A DNA stretch of 64,000 bases, taken from the NCBI GenBank assembly GCA_038255145.1, contig JBBSLP010000010.1, positions 35,129 to 99,128 of the forward strand, given 5' to 3'. Numbering within the stretch: position 1 is the stretch's first letter; every line of letters begins with the position of its first letter. Origin of the DNA: Acidimicrobiales bacterium. Its GTDB lineage: Bacteria; Actinomycetota; Acidimicrobiia; Acidimicrobiales; CAIXPF01. The notes below the pieces were generated by a model that worked only from the letters and a program-made list of their open reading frames with translations, ran no database searches and was not told the DNA's origin. The position numbers and the translations under genes are program-made. Shown one piece after another: positions 1 through 8,185 of the stretch.

Positions 1-438
1 ACCTGGCTGCTGATCGGCGATCTGGCCCTGCTGCACGACGTGAACGGCCTGCTGGGCGTGTCAAGCCGCTCGGTGAGGCTGCGCCTCGTCGTGGTCGACA
101 ACGCCGGCGGGGGGATCTTCTCGTTCCTGCCCCAGGCCCGGACCCCCGGTGGTCAGGTGTTCGAGCGCTTCTTCGGCACCGCCCAGGACGTTGACGTCCT
201 CGACGTGCTGCGCAGCCACGCCATCCCCACCGCGGTGGCGGCCACGCCGGCCGAGCTCGACGCCGGCCTGGCCGGGCTGGCCACGGCCACCGACGCCGTG
301 GCCGCGCTGGTGGTGCGCACGGACCGCGCCGCCAACGTGGTCCACCACGACCGCCTCCACCAGGCCGTGGCCCGCGCTGTCGCCGCTTTGTCCGAATCGT
401 CCGGTCCGCTGGTCAGCCCTGGCCACGGCCTGACCTGA
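1..438 (+). CDS. menD: MenD (2-succinyl-5-enolpyruvyl-6-hydroxy-3-cyclohexene-1-carboxylate synthase), C-terminal fragment; 5' end lies outside the window
   Basis: Frame 1 is open from base 1 (TWLLIGDLALLHDVNGLL...VVVDNAGGGIFSFLPQ), a ThDP-binding C-terminal module typical of MenD. Neighbouring menF and ubiE support a menaquinone context. Confidence 0.75.
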   Translation, partial: TWLLIGDLALLHDVNGLLGVSSRSVRLRLVVVDNAGGGIFSFLPQARTPGGQVFERFFGTAQDVDVLDVLRSHAIPTAVAATPAELDAGLAGLATATDAVAALVVRTDRAANVVHHDRLHQAVARAVAALSESSGPLVSPGHGLT

Positions 439-587
439 TCGGCGGCCCCTGACCCGACGGCGTCGGGATCCAGAAGGACGTGGGCCCAGAAGGACACAGG
501 CCCACCGGCGGTGCCGGAGGGCCTAGGTCAGTGGTCGATGTGTCGTCGTCAGGCGGAGCAGACCGGTGTCGTCGGCTGCGCCCCGGT

Positions 588-1493
588 TCAGTCGGGGCTG
601 CCGTTGGGCGGGGCCACCCGACCGGGACGAGGGGAGGACGGCTGGCCGGCCATGGACGGGGGACGCAGGCCCGACAGCAGCTCGTCGAGTGACGTCGTCT
701 CGGGCTTCTCGGTGGTCACTGCGGCTTCCGCCGTCACCGGCGCGGCCGACGCGTCCTCGCTGGTCACCTCGGGGCTCTGGAACCAGCGGTCCCGGTTGGC
801 GCCACCAGGGGAAGCGGTGTCGGCCGTGTCCGCCGACCCGCCACCGGTGGGCGTGGTCGAGGTGCCGTCGGCCGTGCCGTTCACCGTGCCGGCCCGGCGG
901 CCGCGACGGCGGAGCGGGGCCAGGGCCCGACCCTCGTCGGGCAGGTCGTACAGGTTCGTGCGGGGCAGGGAGGCTCCGTAGGCGCCGGCGACGTCCTCGA
1001 GGTCGACGAAGGCCAGCGACGAGCTCGACACGGCGTAGCCGCCGCGCTCCCGGAAGCCCAGGACGGTCACGGGCACACCGCCGGCGGCCACGGCCTCGAG
1101 CCCGGCGGCCAGGCCGGCGGCATCGTGGGAGGCCACCACGATCTCGCTCAGTCGGCCACCCCGGCTGGCCTGCTCGATGCGGCTGAGGATGGTGGGGGCC
1201 ATGGCCGGCGAGGCGCCGTCACTGCGGGCGGGACGCACGTGGACCTCGTAGCCCAGCTCGCGCAGGCCGGTCACCGTGGCGGCGCGCTCCTCTTCGGAGC
1301 CGGTGGCCACCGCGGTGAAGAAGACGGCCTCGGCGTCTTCACCGGCGGCACACCGGGCCTCGAGCCAGGAGAAGACGGCGTCGGGATCGACGTCGCCGCT
1401 CACCGGTGCGGCCACGACCACCTCGTCCAGGCGCGAGCGGACATCCGCATCGTCCCAGAGCAGGAGACGGGTCCCGTTGACGTCGTACTGCAT
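588..1493 (-). CDS. NYN/LabA-like domain protein with a long Ser/Thr/Pro/Ala-rich, probably disordered C-terminus
   Basis: ORF 588..1595 trimmed to ATG 1493 (MQYDVNG), which is preceded by GAGGGGGG. The core EIVVASHDAAGLAAGLEAVAAGGVPVTVLGF resembles the LabA/NYN fold. GC3 is high. Confidence 0.5.
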   Translation of the reverse strand: MQYDVNGTRLLLWDDADVRSRLDEVVVAAPVSGDVDPDAVFSWLEARCAAGEDAEAVFFTAVATGSEEERAATVTGLRELGYEVHVRPARSDGASPAMAPTILSRIEQASRGGRLSEIVVASHDAAGLAAGLEAVAAGGVPVTVLGFRERGGYAVSSSSLAFVDLEDVAGAYGASLPRTNLYDLPDEGRALAPLRRRGRRAGTVNGTADGTSTTPTGGGSADTADTASPGGANRDRWFQSPEVTSEDASAAPVTAEAAVTTEKPETTSLDELLSGLRPPSMAGQPSSPRPGRVAPPNGSPD

Positions 1494-1682
1494 CTCGCCC
1501 CCTCGGGAGAAATTGACATGTTCCTGGGCAGAGCATACGGCCCACCTGGGCCGATGCGTTCGCCAGAGGGAGATTCGTTGACGATCGGGTGACAAACCTC
1601 ATTTCAGGTGAACACCCACGCGCTTTCGGGCGTCCATCCCACGTCGATCGTCGATCGACCCGCCCTCCCGCCGGATGGCCGC

Positions 1683-1744
1683 ACGGCCGCGGTGGGGTAG
1701 GGGCCCCGCCTTGCGGAGGAGGATGGGTTGGGGCCCCATCCGGG
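1683..1744. repeat. 62-nt GC-rich double-hairpin intergenic element, copy 1 (inverted copy at 51716..51778)
   Basis: acggccgcgGTGGGGtaggggCCCCGCCttgcggaggaGGATGGGttggggCCCCATCCggg. It aligns to the reverse complement of 51716..51778 with 4 substitutions and 1 indel. Confidence 0.8.
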
Positions 1745-1749
1745 CCGTG

Positions 1750-3015
1750 TCAGGGCCGGACGAGGGCGGTGAGCATGGCGCTGAGCTTGGCCTGGGTCTC
1801 GGCCAGTTCGGCCTCGGCGTCCGAGTCGGCCACGATGCCGCCGCCGGCGTAGAGCGTGGCCCGGTGGCCGTCGATCTCCGCCCCCCGCACCCCCACGGCC
1901 CACTCGCCGTTGCCGTCGGCGTCGACCCAGCCCACCGGTCCCGCGTAGCGCCCCCGGCCGCCGGGCTCGAGCTCGGCGATCAGCTCCAGGGCGGCGGCGG
2001 TGGGCTGCCCACCCACCGCGGGTGTGGGATGCAGGGCGGTGACCAGCTGCAACACCGAGGGGAGTGGCCGTGACAGGCGCCCTTCCACGGTCGTGGCCAG
2101 GTGCTGCACGTTGGAGATGGCCACCACGTGGGGCTCGGGTTCGGCGTCGAGGTACGAGCACCACGGCAACAGGGCGTCGTGGACCGAGTCGATGGTGACC
2201 CGGTGTTCGTGCAGGTCCTTGGCCGAGGCCAGCAGGCGGGCGGCGAGCTGGGCGTCGACCACGGGATCACCCAGCCGCTGGGTGGTGCCGGCCATGGGTT
2301 GGGCCCGCACCACGTCGCCCGAGCGGGCCACGAGCAACTCGGGGCTGGCGCCCACGAAGCCGTCGACGGCGTAGAGGTAGCAGCTGGCGTAGCTGGCCCG
2401 CAGCCGCCGCAGGGTGGCAGCGAGGTCGAAGGGCCGATCGGCTTCGATGTCCACGGCCCGGGCCAGCACCACCTTGGCCAGCCGCCCGCTGCGGATCTCG
2501 GCCACGGCCCGGCGCACGGCGGCCACGTGGCCGTCGTGGCTGGTGCGGGGGGTGATGGAGAAGCGTTCCGGCGGCCGGGCCGGTGGGCCGTCGCTGGGCC
2601 CCTCCCCGTCGGCGATCCCGACACCGTCGCGTCCGGCGTCGGGGTCGGTGCCGGCAGGGTGGATGCGCAGCAGCCAGCGGGCACCGTCGCCGTCGCGGCG
2701 GAGCTGGACGGCGGGGACGACGAGGCTGGCGGCCACGGCGGGGTCGAAGGGCAGGGCGCCGAAGGCGGCCGGGCCCGGCGCCCCCGGGGGCAGGTCGAGC
2801 TCGATGGCGCCGAGGGCCTCGGCCACCAGGTCGGCGGCCCGATGGCGTTGGCCGGCGGGCACGTGCACGCGGGTGGCCTCCCCCCGGCCGCTGAGCACGG
2901 TCCCCGGGGTGATCCACGCGGAGGAGCGGGCACTGGTGACCGCGTCGAAGACGTCCCCCGGTCCGTCGAGGCGCACGGCCGAGGCCACGAGCGGCGGCGA
3001 GGTCGCCCCGGTCAC
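1750..3015 (-). CDS. menF: isochorismate synthase (menaquinone-specific type)
   Basis: Chorismate-binding motifs are present (SYASCYLYAVDGFVGASPELLV, RGRYAGPVGWVD, GGGIVADSDAEAE). ORF 1750..3363 trimmed to GTG 3015, which overlaps the ubiE stop as GTGA. Confidence 0.85.
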   Translation of the reverse strand: MTGATSPPLVASAVRLDGPGDVFDAVTSARSSAWITPGTVLSGRGEATRVHVPAGQRHRAADLVAEALGAIELDLPPGAPGPAAFGALPFDPAVAASLVVPAVQLRRDGDGARWLLRIHPAGTDPDAGRDGVGIADGEGPSDGPPARPPERFSITPRTSHDGHVAAVRRAVAEIRSGRLAKVVLARAVDIEADRPFDLAATLRRLRASYASCYLYAVDGFVGASPELLVARSGDVVRAQPMAGTTQRLGDPVVDAQLAARLLASAKDLHEHRVTIDSVHDALLPWCSYLDAEPEPHVVAISNVQHLATTVEGRLSRPLPSVLQLVTALHPTPAVGGQPTAAALELIAELEPGGRGRYAGPVGWVDADGNGEWAVGVRGAEIDGHRATLYAGGGIVADSDAEAELAETQAKLSAMLTALVRP

Positions 3016-3728
3016 GAGCTGGTCGGGGTGCGGGTGGCCAGGATCAGCTGCGCGGCGCCCAGGCCCAGGCGGCGGTGGGTCACGTCGGTGAACCCGGCGT
3101 CGCCCACCATGGCCAGCAGCTCCGGCCTGGGAGGCAGGTAGGCCACCGACCGGGGCAGGTAGCGGTAGGCGGCGGGATCCGAGAGGCGCCCCCCCACCCA
3201 GGGCACCACCTTGCCGAAGTAGAGGTGGTGCCCGAAGCGGAACAGCGGGTTCTCGGGCTCGGACACCTCGAGCAGGGCCATGCGGCCGCCGGGGCGCAGG
3301 GCCCGGGCGCACTCGGCGAACAGCGTGGCCAGGTCGACGACGTTGCGCAGGGCGAACCCGCACGTCAGCCCATCCGCGGCGCGGTCGCGGGTGGGGAGGC
3401 GCAGGATGTCGGCTTGGACCAGGGGGGCGGTTGTGCGGGCGTGGGCCAACATGCCCCGGGACAGGTCCGCCCCCACCGGCCGCAACCCCGCCGCGTCCAG
3501 CTCACGGCACAGGTCTCCGGTGCCACAGGCCAGGTCCAGCACCACCGAGCCCGGCGCCAGGCCCAGGTCGGCCACCATGCGACGCCGCCAGCCGACGTCC
3601 ATCCTGAAGGTCATGACCCGGTTCACCAGGTCGTAGCGGGGCGCGATGCGGTCGAACATGTCCCGCACCGCCACCACCTTGGCATCGCCCTGGGGCAGGG
3701 CCTCCACGTCGGGCCGGGTGGGGCTCAT
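3012..3728 (-). CDS. ubiE: demethylmenaquinone methyltransferase (UbiE/MenG family)
   Basis: FDRIAPRYDLVNRVMTF plus the SAM motif VLDLACGTGDL and the C-terminal YLPRSV motif are typical of UbiE/MenG. Confidence 0.9.
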   Translation of the reverse strand: MSPTRPDVEALPQGDAKVVAVRDMFDRIAPRYDLVNRVMTFRMDVGWRRRMVADLGLAPGSVVLDLACGTGDLCRELDAAGLRPVGADLSRGMLAHARTTAPLVQADILRLPTRDRAADGLTCGFALRNVVDLATLFAECARALRPGGRMALLEVSEPENPLFRFGHHLYFGKVVPWVGGRLSDPAAYRYLPRSVAYLPPRPELLAMVGDAGFTDVTHRRLGLGAAQLILATRTPTSS

Positions 3729-3794
3729 GGCCGAGGCTGCCTCATGGCCCGGATGCTAGGACGGCGACGGAGCGCACCTGCAGGCGTCGTGGCG

Positions 3795-5150
3795 TCACGG
3801 GGTCGGCGTGGGGGCACCGTCCCCGACCGGCACCCACTCGTCGGCCCCCATGTCCGCCGGACCGAGCAGGGCCTGGCCGTCGATGTCGGTCGCCGAGGTC
3901 CCGGGTCCGTCGGGTCCGTCGTGTTCGCCGTGTTCGCCGTGTTCGCCGTGTTCGCCGTGTTCATGGTGTTCGTGGGCCCAGGTGTCGCCGGGGCCGCCCT
4001 CGGCCGTCGTGCCGCCGCCGACGGCGTCGATGCCGGCGCTGCCCGCCTGCAGGTGCAGGTCGGGACCTTCGGGGCCGGGGCGGGCGGCGGGGTCGTCCAC
4101 GAAGGTGGCCCGGCCCACCAGGTTGCCGCGGTTGGGCCTGCGGCCGAGGACGTGGGGGGGGCAGTTGGTGGTCAGCAGGTTGTCGACCACCGTCGAGCCG
4201 AAGCACAGCCGCTCGAGGTCGGACCAGTCGAAGAGCAGGGCGCCGAAGATGTTGGCCCGCATGGTCTGGGGGGCGCCGGCCAGGACGAGGACCGCCCCGG
4301 CCACGGTGTTGTGCACCCAGGTGGTGCCCGGCGTGCCGAGGTGCACGGCGAACACCGCGCTGCAGGCGGGATCCCGCTGGCCGCAGTCCTGGATGACGTT
4401 GCGCTCGAAGCGCACCCGCTGCACCCCCCAGCCGAACGAGTCCTGGACGAGCACGGTCTGGGTCGCACAGGCGAAGAAGGTGTTGCCCCGTACCACCAGG
4501 CCGTCCGCCGCCAACACCTGGAGGCAGTCCACGTGGGCGGTGGAGCCCGGTGACAGGGTGGTGCCGCCGACGAGGTTGCCCTCGAGCAGGGCGTCGACGG
4601 CCCCTTGGACCTGGATGCGGTCGTGGTCGGCTCCGCCGAGCAGGCGGGACCGGGTCACGAACACGTCCCGGGACCCCCGACGCAGGGTGAGCGCCTGGCG
4701 GTCGGGAGCGATCACGGTGACGCTGTCGAACCCGGCGCGCACCGCCGTCTCCCCCAGGGTGAGCGGGCCCACGACCATGCCCGACAGCGTGACCCCTTGG
4801 CCGTACACGACGACGGCGCCCAGGGTGACGGCGGCGCCGGCCTCGGGGCGCACGAGGATGGTCGGGCCCTCGACCTGCCGGGGTGACAGGACCTGGTCGG
4901 GGTAGGTCCCGGCCGCGACCTCGACCACATCGCCCGGCGCCGCCCGTTGGTAGGCGGTGTCGATCGTGGCGCAGGCCACCTGGGCACAGTCGCCCGTGCC
5001 CCCCACGGCCACGTGCCACACCCGGGGTATCTCACCGGCCGCCGTCCCCGGGGCCCCGATCATCGCCAGTGCCAGCACGAGAGCAGCGACCGCGGCGACG
5101 GCCACGACGGGGAGGGTGCGGATCCCCGAGACGCGTCGGGATCCGGCCAT
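3795..5150 (-). CDS. secreted right-handed parallel beta-helix repeat protein with a His/Glu-rich C-terminal repeat
   Basis: N-terminal signal/TM segment (RTLPVVAVAAVAALVLALAMIGAPGTAAG). Repetitive G/N/V-rich beta-helix-like body. C-terminal HEHHEHGEHGEHGEHGEHDGPDGP. Confidence 0.6.
   Translation of the reverse strand: MAGSRRVSGIRTLPVVAVAAVAALVLALAMIGAPGTAAGEIPRVWHVAVGGTGDCAQVACATIDTAYQRAAPGDVVEVAAGTYPDQVLSPRQVEGPTILVRPEAGAAVTLGAVVVYGQGVTLSGMVVGPLTLGETAVRAGFDSVTVIAPDRQALTLRRGSRDVFVTRSRLLGGADHDRIQVQGAVDALLEGNLVGGTTLSPGSTAHVDCLQVLAADGLVVRGNTFFACATQTVLVQDSFGWGVQRVRFERNVIQDCGQRDPACSAVFAVHLGTPGTTWVHNTVAGAVLVLAGAPQTMRANIFGALLFDWSDLERLCFGSTVVDNLLTTNCPPHVLGRRPNRGNLVGRATFVDDPAARPGPEGPDLHLQAGSAGIDAVGGGTTAEGGPGDTWAHEHHEHGEHGEHGEHGEHDGPDGPGTSATDIDGQALLGPADMGADEWVPVGDGAPTPTP
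3903..3974. repeat. in-frame 9-bp tandem repeats (gggtccgtc x2, gtgttcgcc x4 plus 2 degenerate units)
   Basis: Direct reading of 3903..3974. On the minus strand it encodes HEHHEHGEHGEHGEHGEHDGPDGP. Confidence 0.85.
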
Positions 5151-5234
5151 GCGGCCATATTAGCCACGCGGTGATGTCAGTCGACCACTAGAAGTGGCTA
5201 AACAGCAAGGCTGTGGTGTTCTCCGTGCCGTCCG

Positions 5235-6821
5235 TCAGGATCGATCGAAGAGCGCCAGGGCTCTGACGTGGTCGGGCTTGCCGGCCGGCGTGTGGGGAAG
5301 TTCGTCGACGACCAGCAGTCGGCGGGGGAGCTTGAAGCGGGCCAGGGTGGCGTGGCAGTGGCGGCGCAGGCCCTCGAGGCTGAGCTCGGCACCGGGGCCC
5401 AGCCGGACCACGGCCGCCACCTGCTCGCCGAAGCGGAGGTGGGGGAGGGGCACCACGAGGGCGTCGACCACGTCGGGGTGGGCGAGGATGGCGGCCTCGA
5501 CCTCTCCGGGGTAGATCTTCTCCCCACCCGAGTTGATGGTGCGCTCGGTGCGACCGAGCAGGGTCAGGGTGCCGTCGGCTTCGGCCCGGGCCAGGTCCCC
5601 ACTGAGGGCCCACCGCTCACCGTCGATCACCGGAAAAGTGCGCCGGGTGCGGTCGGGGTCGTTGCGGTAGCCGATGGGCACGTGACCCCGTCGGGCCAGG
5701 CGGCCGGCCTGGCCCGAGCGCTCGGCCACGACGTGGAGGTCGTCGTCGAGGACGGCGGTGCCCGCCGCGGGCACGAAGCGGGCCGGGCCCGTGCCCGTCA
5801 CCCCGGGGCTGATGACCCGCCGACCCTGCCCGCCGGTCTCCGTGGCGCCGTAGCCGTCGACGACCACGGCGCCGGGAAGGTGGGCCAGGAGGCGCTGGGC
5901 CACCCGGCCGGATAGCGGCGCCCCACCCGACGCCACCACCACCAGGGCCCCCAGCTCCCAACGGTCGGGTTCGGCGGCCAGGGCCTCGGCCAGGGGCAGG
6001 GCGAAGGCGTCACCCACCAGGACGAGGTGGGCGGCACCGGTGGCGGCCACCGTGTCGAGCACCCCGGCGGCGTCGAAGTGGCCGGCACCGGGCAGGTGCA
6101 CGGTGCCCCCCGCCAGCAGCGAGGCCAGGGCGGCCCACTGGGCGGTGCCGTGGCTGAGGGGGGAGGCGACGAAGGTCCCCGTGGGCAGGGGAGCGAGGTG
6201 CTCGACGAGGAGCTCGGGCGCGGTGATGGCCTCGCCGGCCAGGTTGCCACCGCCCAGGGCGGCGAAGAACAGGTCCTCGTGGCGCCACTCGACCCCCTTG
6301 GGCCGCCCCGTCGTACCGCCGGTGTAGATCAGGTAGCGGTCGTCCCCCGACCTGCCCGTGCGGGAGCGGGCGACGTCGGGCCACTCGTCGGCGGCGTCGG
6401 TCGACCCGGCAGCGATGGTCACCACCACGGTCCGGCGCGGCGAGCCCCGGGCGCCCGGGGGCGGGTCGCAGGCCTCGGTGAGGATGGCGACCTGGTCCTC
6501 CTCGGTGAGCACGAGGACGGGATCGGCATCGCCCAACAGGTGGTGGAGCTCGTCGAGCACGTAGTGCCGGTGCACGTTGAAGGGGACGGCCCGCAGCTTC
6601 CACGCCGCCAGCAGGGCCTCGACGAAGGCCGGTCGGTCGGCCAGGGCCACGGCGACGCGGTCTCCGGGCCCCACCCCCCGTCGGTGCAGGGTGGCGGCCA
6701 ACGCGTCGGCCCGTCCGTCGAGGGCGGCGAAGGACGTGGCTCTGCCGTCACAGGTGAGGGCCGTGCGCTCGGGAACGGCGATGGCGACGGCTTCGAAGAG
6801 GTCGGCGAGGTTGAACGCCAT
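5235..6821 (-). CDS. AMP-dependent acyl-CoA synthetase/ligase (FadD-like)
   Basis: ORF 5235..7355 trimmed to ATG 6821 (MAFNLADLFE). Contains the AMP-binding motif LIYTGGTTGRPKGV and C-terminal GEKIYPGEVE ... PAGKPD. Confidence 0.8.
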   Translation of the reverse strand: MAFNLADLFEAVAIAVPERTALTCDGRATSFAALDGRADALAATLHRRGVGPGDRVAVALADRPAFVEALLAAWKLRAVPFNVHRHYVLDELHHLLGDADPVLVLTEEDQVAILTEACDPPPGARGSPRRTVVVTIAAGSTDAADEWPDVARSRTGRSGDDRYLIYTGGTTGRPKGVEWRHEDLFFAALGGGNLAGEAITAPELLVEHLAPLPTGTFVASPLSHGTAQWAALASLLAGGTVHLPGAGHFDAAGVLDTVAATGAAHLVLVGDAFALPLAEALAAEPDRWELGALVVVASGGAPLSGRVAQRLLAHLPGAVVVDGYGATETGGQGRRVISPGVTGTGPARFVPAAGTAVLDDDLHVVAERSGQAGRLARRGHVPIGYRNDPDRTRRTFPVIDGERWALSGDLARAEADGTLTLLGRTERTINSGGEKIYPGEVEAAILAHPDVVDALVVPLPHLRFGEQVAAVVRLGPGAELSLEGLRRHCHATLARFKLPRRLLVVDELPHTPAGKPDHVRALALFDRS

Positions 6822-6969
6822 GGCGGCGACGGACGGTAGCCACTCTGCCGGCCTGTGGCGAACGCCACACCAGTAGGGCCACCATGGTCCCCAGGCCCGT
6901 CCATCGCCGGCGTGTGTCCCCACCCCGTGAGCTGTCGTCGCGCCCGGGGCGATGGTAGAACCTGCACCC

Positions 6970-7686
6970 ATGCGCCGACGTGGCTCCTTGCTGGTTGGGA
7001 CGTTGCTGTTGGGCCTTGTCGCCTCCGGGTGCACCCGTGGCCACGAGGGCCCCGTGGCCTTCTCCGGCATCCCCCGCCCCACCGCTCCCCCCACCAACAT
7101 CGTCGAGCAGCTCGAGCAGGACGAGCTCGGCCGCTTCACCACCCTGCTCGACCTGGTGGCGCCCACGGCGCCCGCCGGTGCCAGTGCCGCCGAGGTCGCC
7201 GCCGACAAGGCGGTCACCGAGGCCAACGCGGGGCTGGTCGAGCTGTTGACCGGCACGGGGCCGGTGACGATCTTCGCCCCCACCAACACGGCGTTCGCCG
7301 CTCTCGGGGTGACGGAAGCCCAGCTCAAGGCCAACCCTGCCGCCCTGAACGCCATCCTGTCGCTGCACGTGGTCGAGAAGGACGTCAGCTTCTCCGAGCC
7401 TCCCTACGTGACCGACGGGCTCGTCGACGGGCGCACCAAGCCCGAGGACGCAGGCCTGGTCATCGTGTCCGCCGCCAGCACGTTGCCCAGCGTGGCCGGC
7501 CCCAACCTGCTGCTCAGCGGCACCACCAAGCAGGTGTGGGTCGAGGACGACAGCCGCCGCGTCTCCGTCGTCGAGCCCGACCTGCAGGCGCCCAACGGCT
7601 TCGTCCAGATCGTGGACAAGGTGCTGCTGCCCCCGGGCACGGTCGTCGGCGGCGCCGCCGCGGCCACCACGACCCCGCGGACCTGA
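6970..7686 (+). CDS. fasciclin (FAS1) domain lipoprotein
   Basis: Signal peptide with lipobox LVASGC. FAS1 motifs GPVTIFAPTNTAF and NGFVQIVDKVLLP. Start at ATG 6970; 6952 is an alternative. Confidence 0.75.
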   Translation: MRRRGSLLVGTLLLGLVASGCTRGHEGPVAFSGIPRPTAPPTNIVEQLEQDELGRFTTLLDLVAPTAPAGASAAEVAADKAVTEANAGLVELLTGTGPVTIFAPTNTAFAALGVTEAQLKANPAALNAILSLHVVEKDVSFSEPPYVTDGLVDGRTKPEDAGLVIVSAASTLPSVAGPNLLLSGTTKQVWVEDDSRRVSVVEPDLQAPNGFVQIVDKVLLPPGTVVGGAAAATTTPRT

Positions 7687-7714
7687 CGCCCCGGCGTCCA
7701 GCCCTGACCCAAGA

Positions 7715-7747
7715 GAGCGCCGCTGACCCCCGGGTTCAGCGGCGCTC
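7715..7747. terminator. bidirectional stem-loop between convergent genes
   Basis: Perfect 12-bp inverted repeat GAGCGCCGCTGA-9 nt-TCAGCGGCGCTC between the fasciclin gene (+) and the membrane protein gene (-). Confidence 0.6.
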
Positions 7748-7786
7748 CTGCGTCAATCGGTCCGCACGCTCATTCGGACCGGGCCG

Positions 7787-8185
7787 TCACTTGAACCAGA
7801 CCCGCTGGTAGTCCCGGCTCATCGGGTGGAGCAGGAGGGCGGCCCGGGCCCCGATGAAGAGCATGGCGATGAGGTTCCCGAAGCCCAGTAGGTCGGCCAG
7901 GTTGCCGATGTCGACGAGCAGCAGGATCACCTCGCCGCAGGTCAACACCACGCCCAGCCGGTAACCCCAGCGCTTCTCGTTGGCGATGCCGAAGGCGGCG
8001 ACGGCCATGCCCACGTAGGACGCCACCCCGGCCAGGCCCCCGATGCCGGGGATCCACTCACCGAGCTGCGAGTACGGTGTGTACTGCCGAAGGAGGAGCC
8101 CGAACGCCGCGTTCAGGTACAGCAGCCACACAGCCAGCTGCAGCGTCTGCGGCTGTGAGGGGTTGGTCCACCGGCGGGTCTCCAT
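7787..8185 (-). CDS. small integral membrane protein (about 4 TM helices), function unknown
   Basis: ORF 7787..8509 trimmed to ATG 8185 (METRRWTNPSQ). It has four hydrophobic stretches. The upstream part of the ORF is antisense to the nucleotidyltransferase gene. Confidence 0.55.
   Translation of the reverse strand: METRRWTNPSQPQTLQLAVWLLYLNAAFGLLLRQYTPYSQLGEWIPGIGGLAGVASYVGMAVAAFGIANEKRWGYRLGVVLTCGEVILLLVDIGNLADLLGFGNLIAMLFIGARAALLLHPMSRDYQRVWFK

Noticed and set aside
439-587. Weak hairpin CCCGAC-ggc-GTCGGG after menD considered as a terminator.
   Set aside because: It has only a 6-bp stem with a 3-nt loop and no T-tract, which is not distinguishable from chance in GC-rich DNA.
5235-7355. 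Long N-terminal extensions in the ORF track: 5235..7355, 8980..10926, 1750..3363, 16887..19298, 50220..51464, 12060..13709, 26133..27647, 30226..32769 and 51636..53885.
   Set aside because: The extensions run into or across neighbouring genes (for example rlmN into mshD, the YhaN-like gene into hisF antisense, the response regulator into coaE antisense) and are Arg/Pro-rich. Conserved family N-termini, SD sequences or 4-nt stop/start overlaps identify the internal starts used in the feature table.
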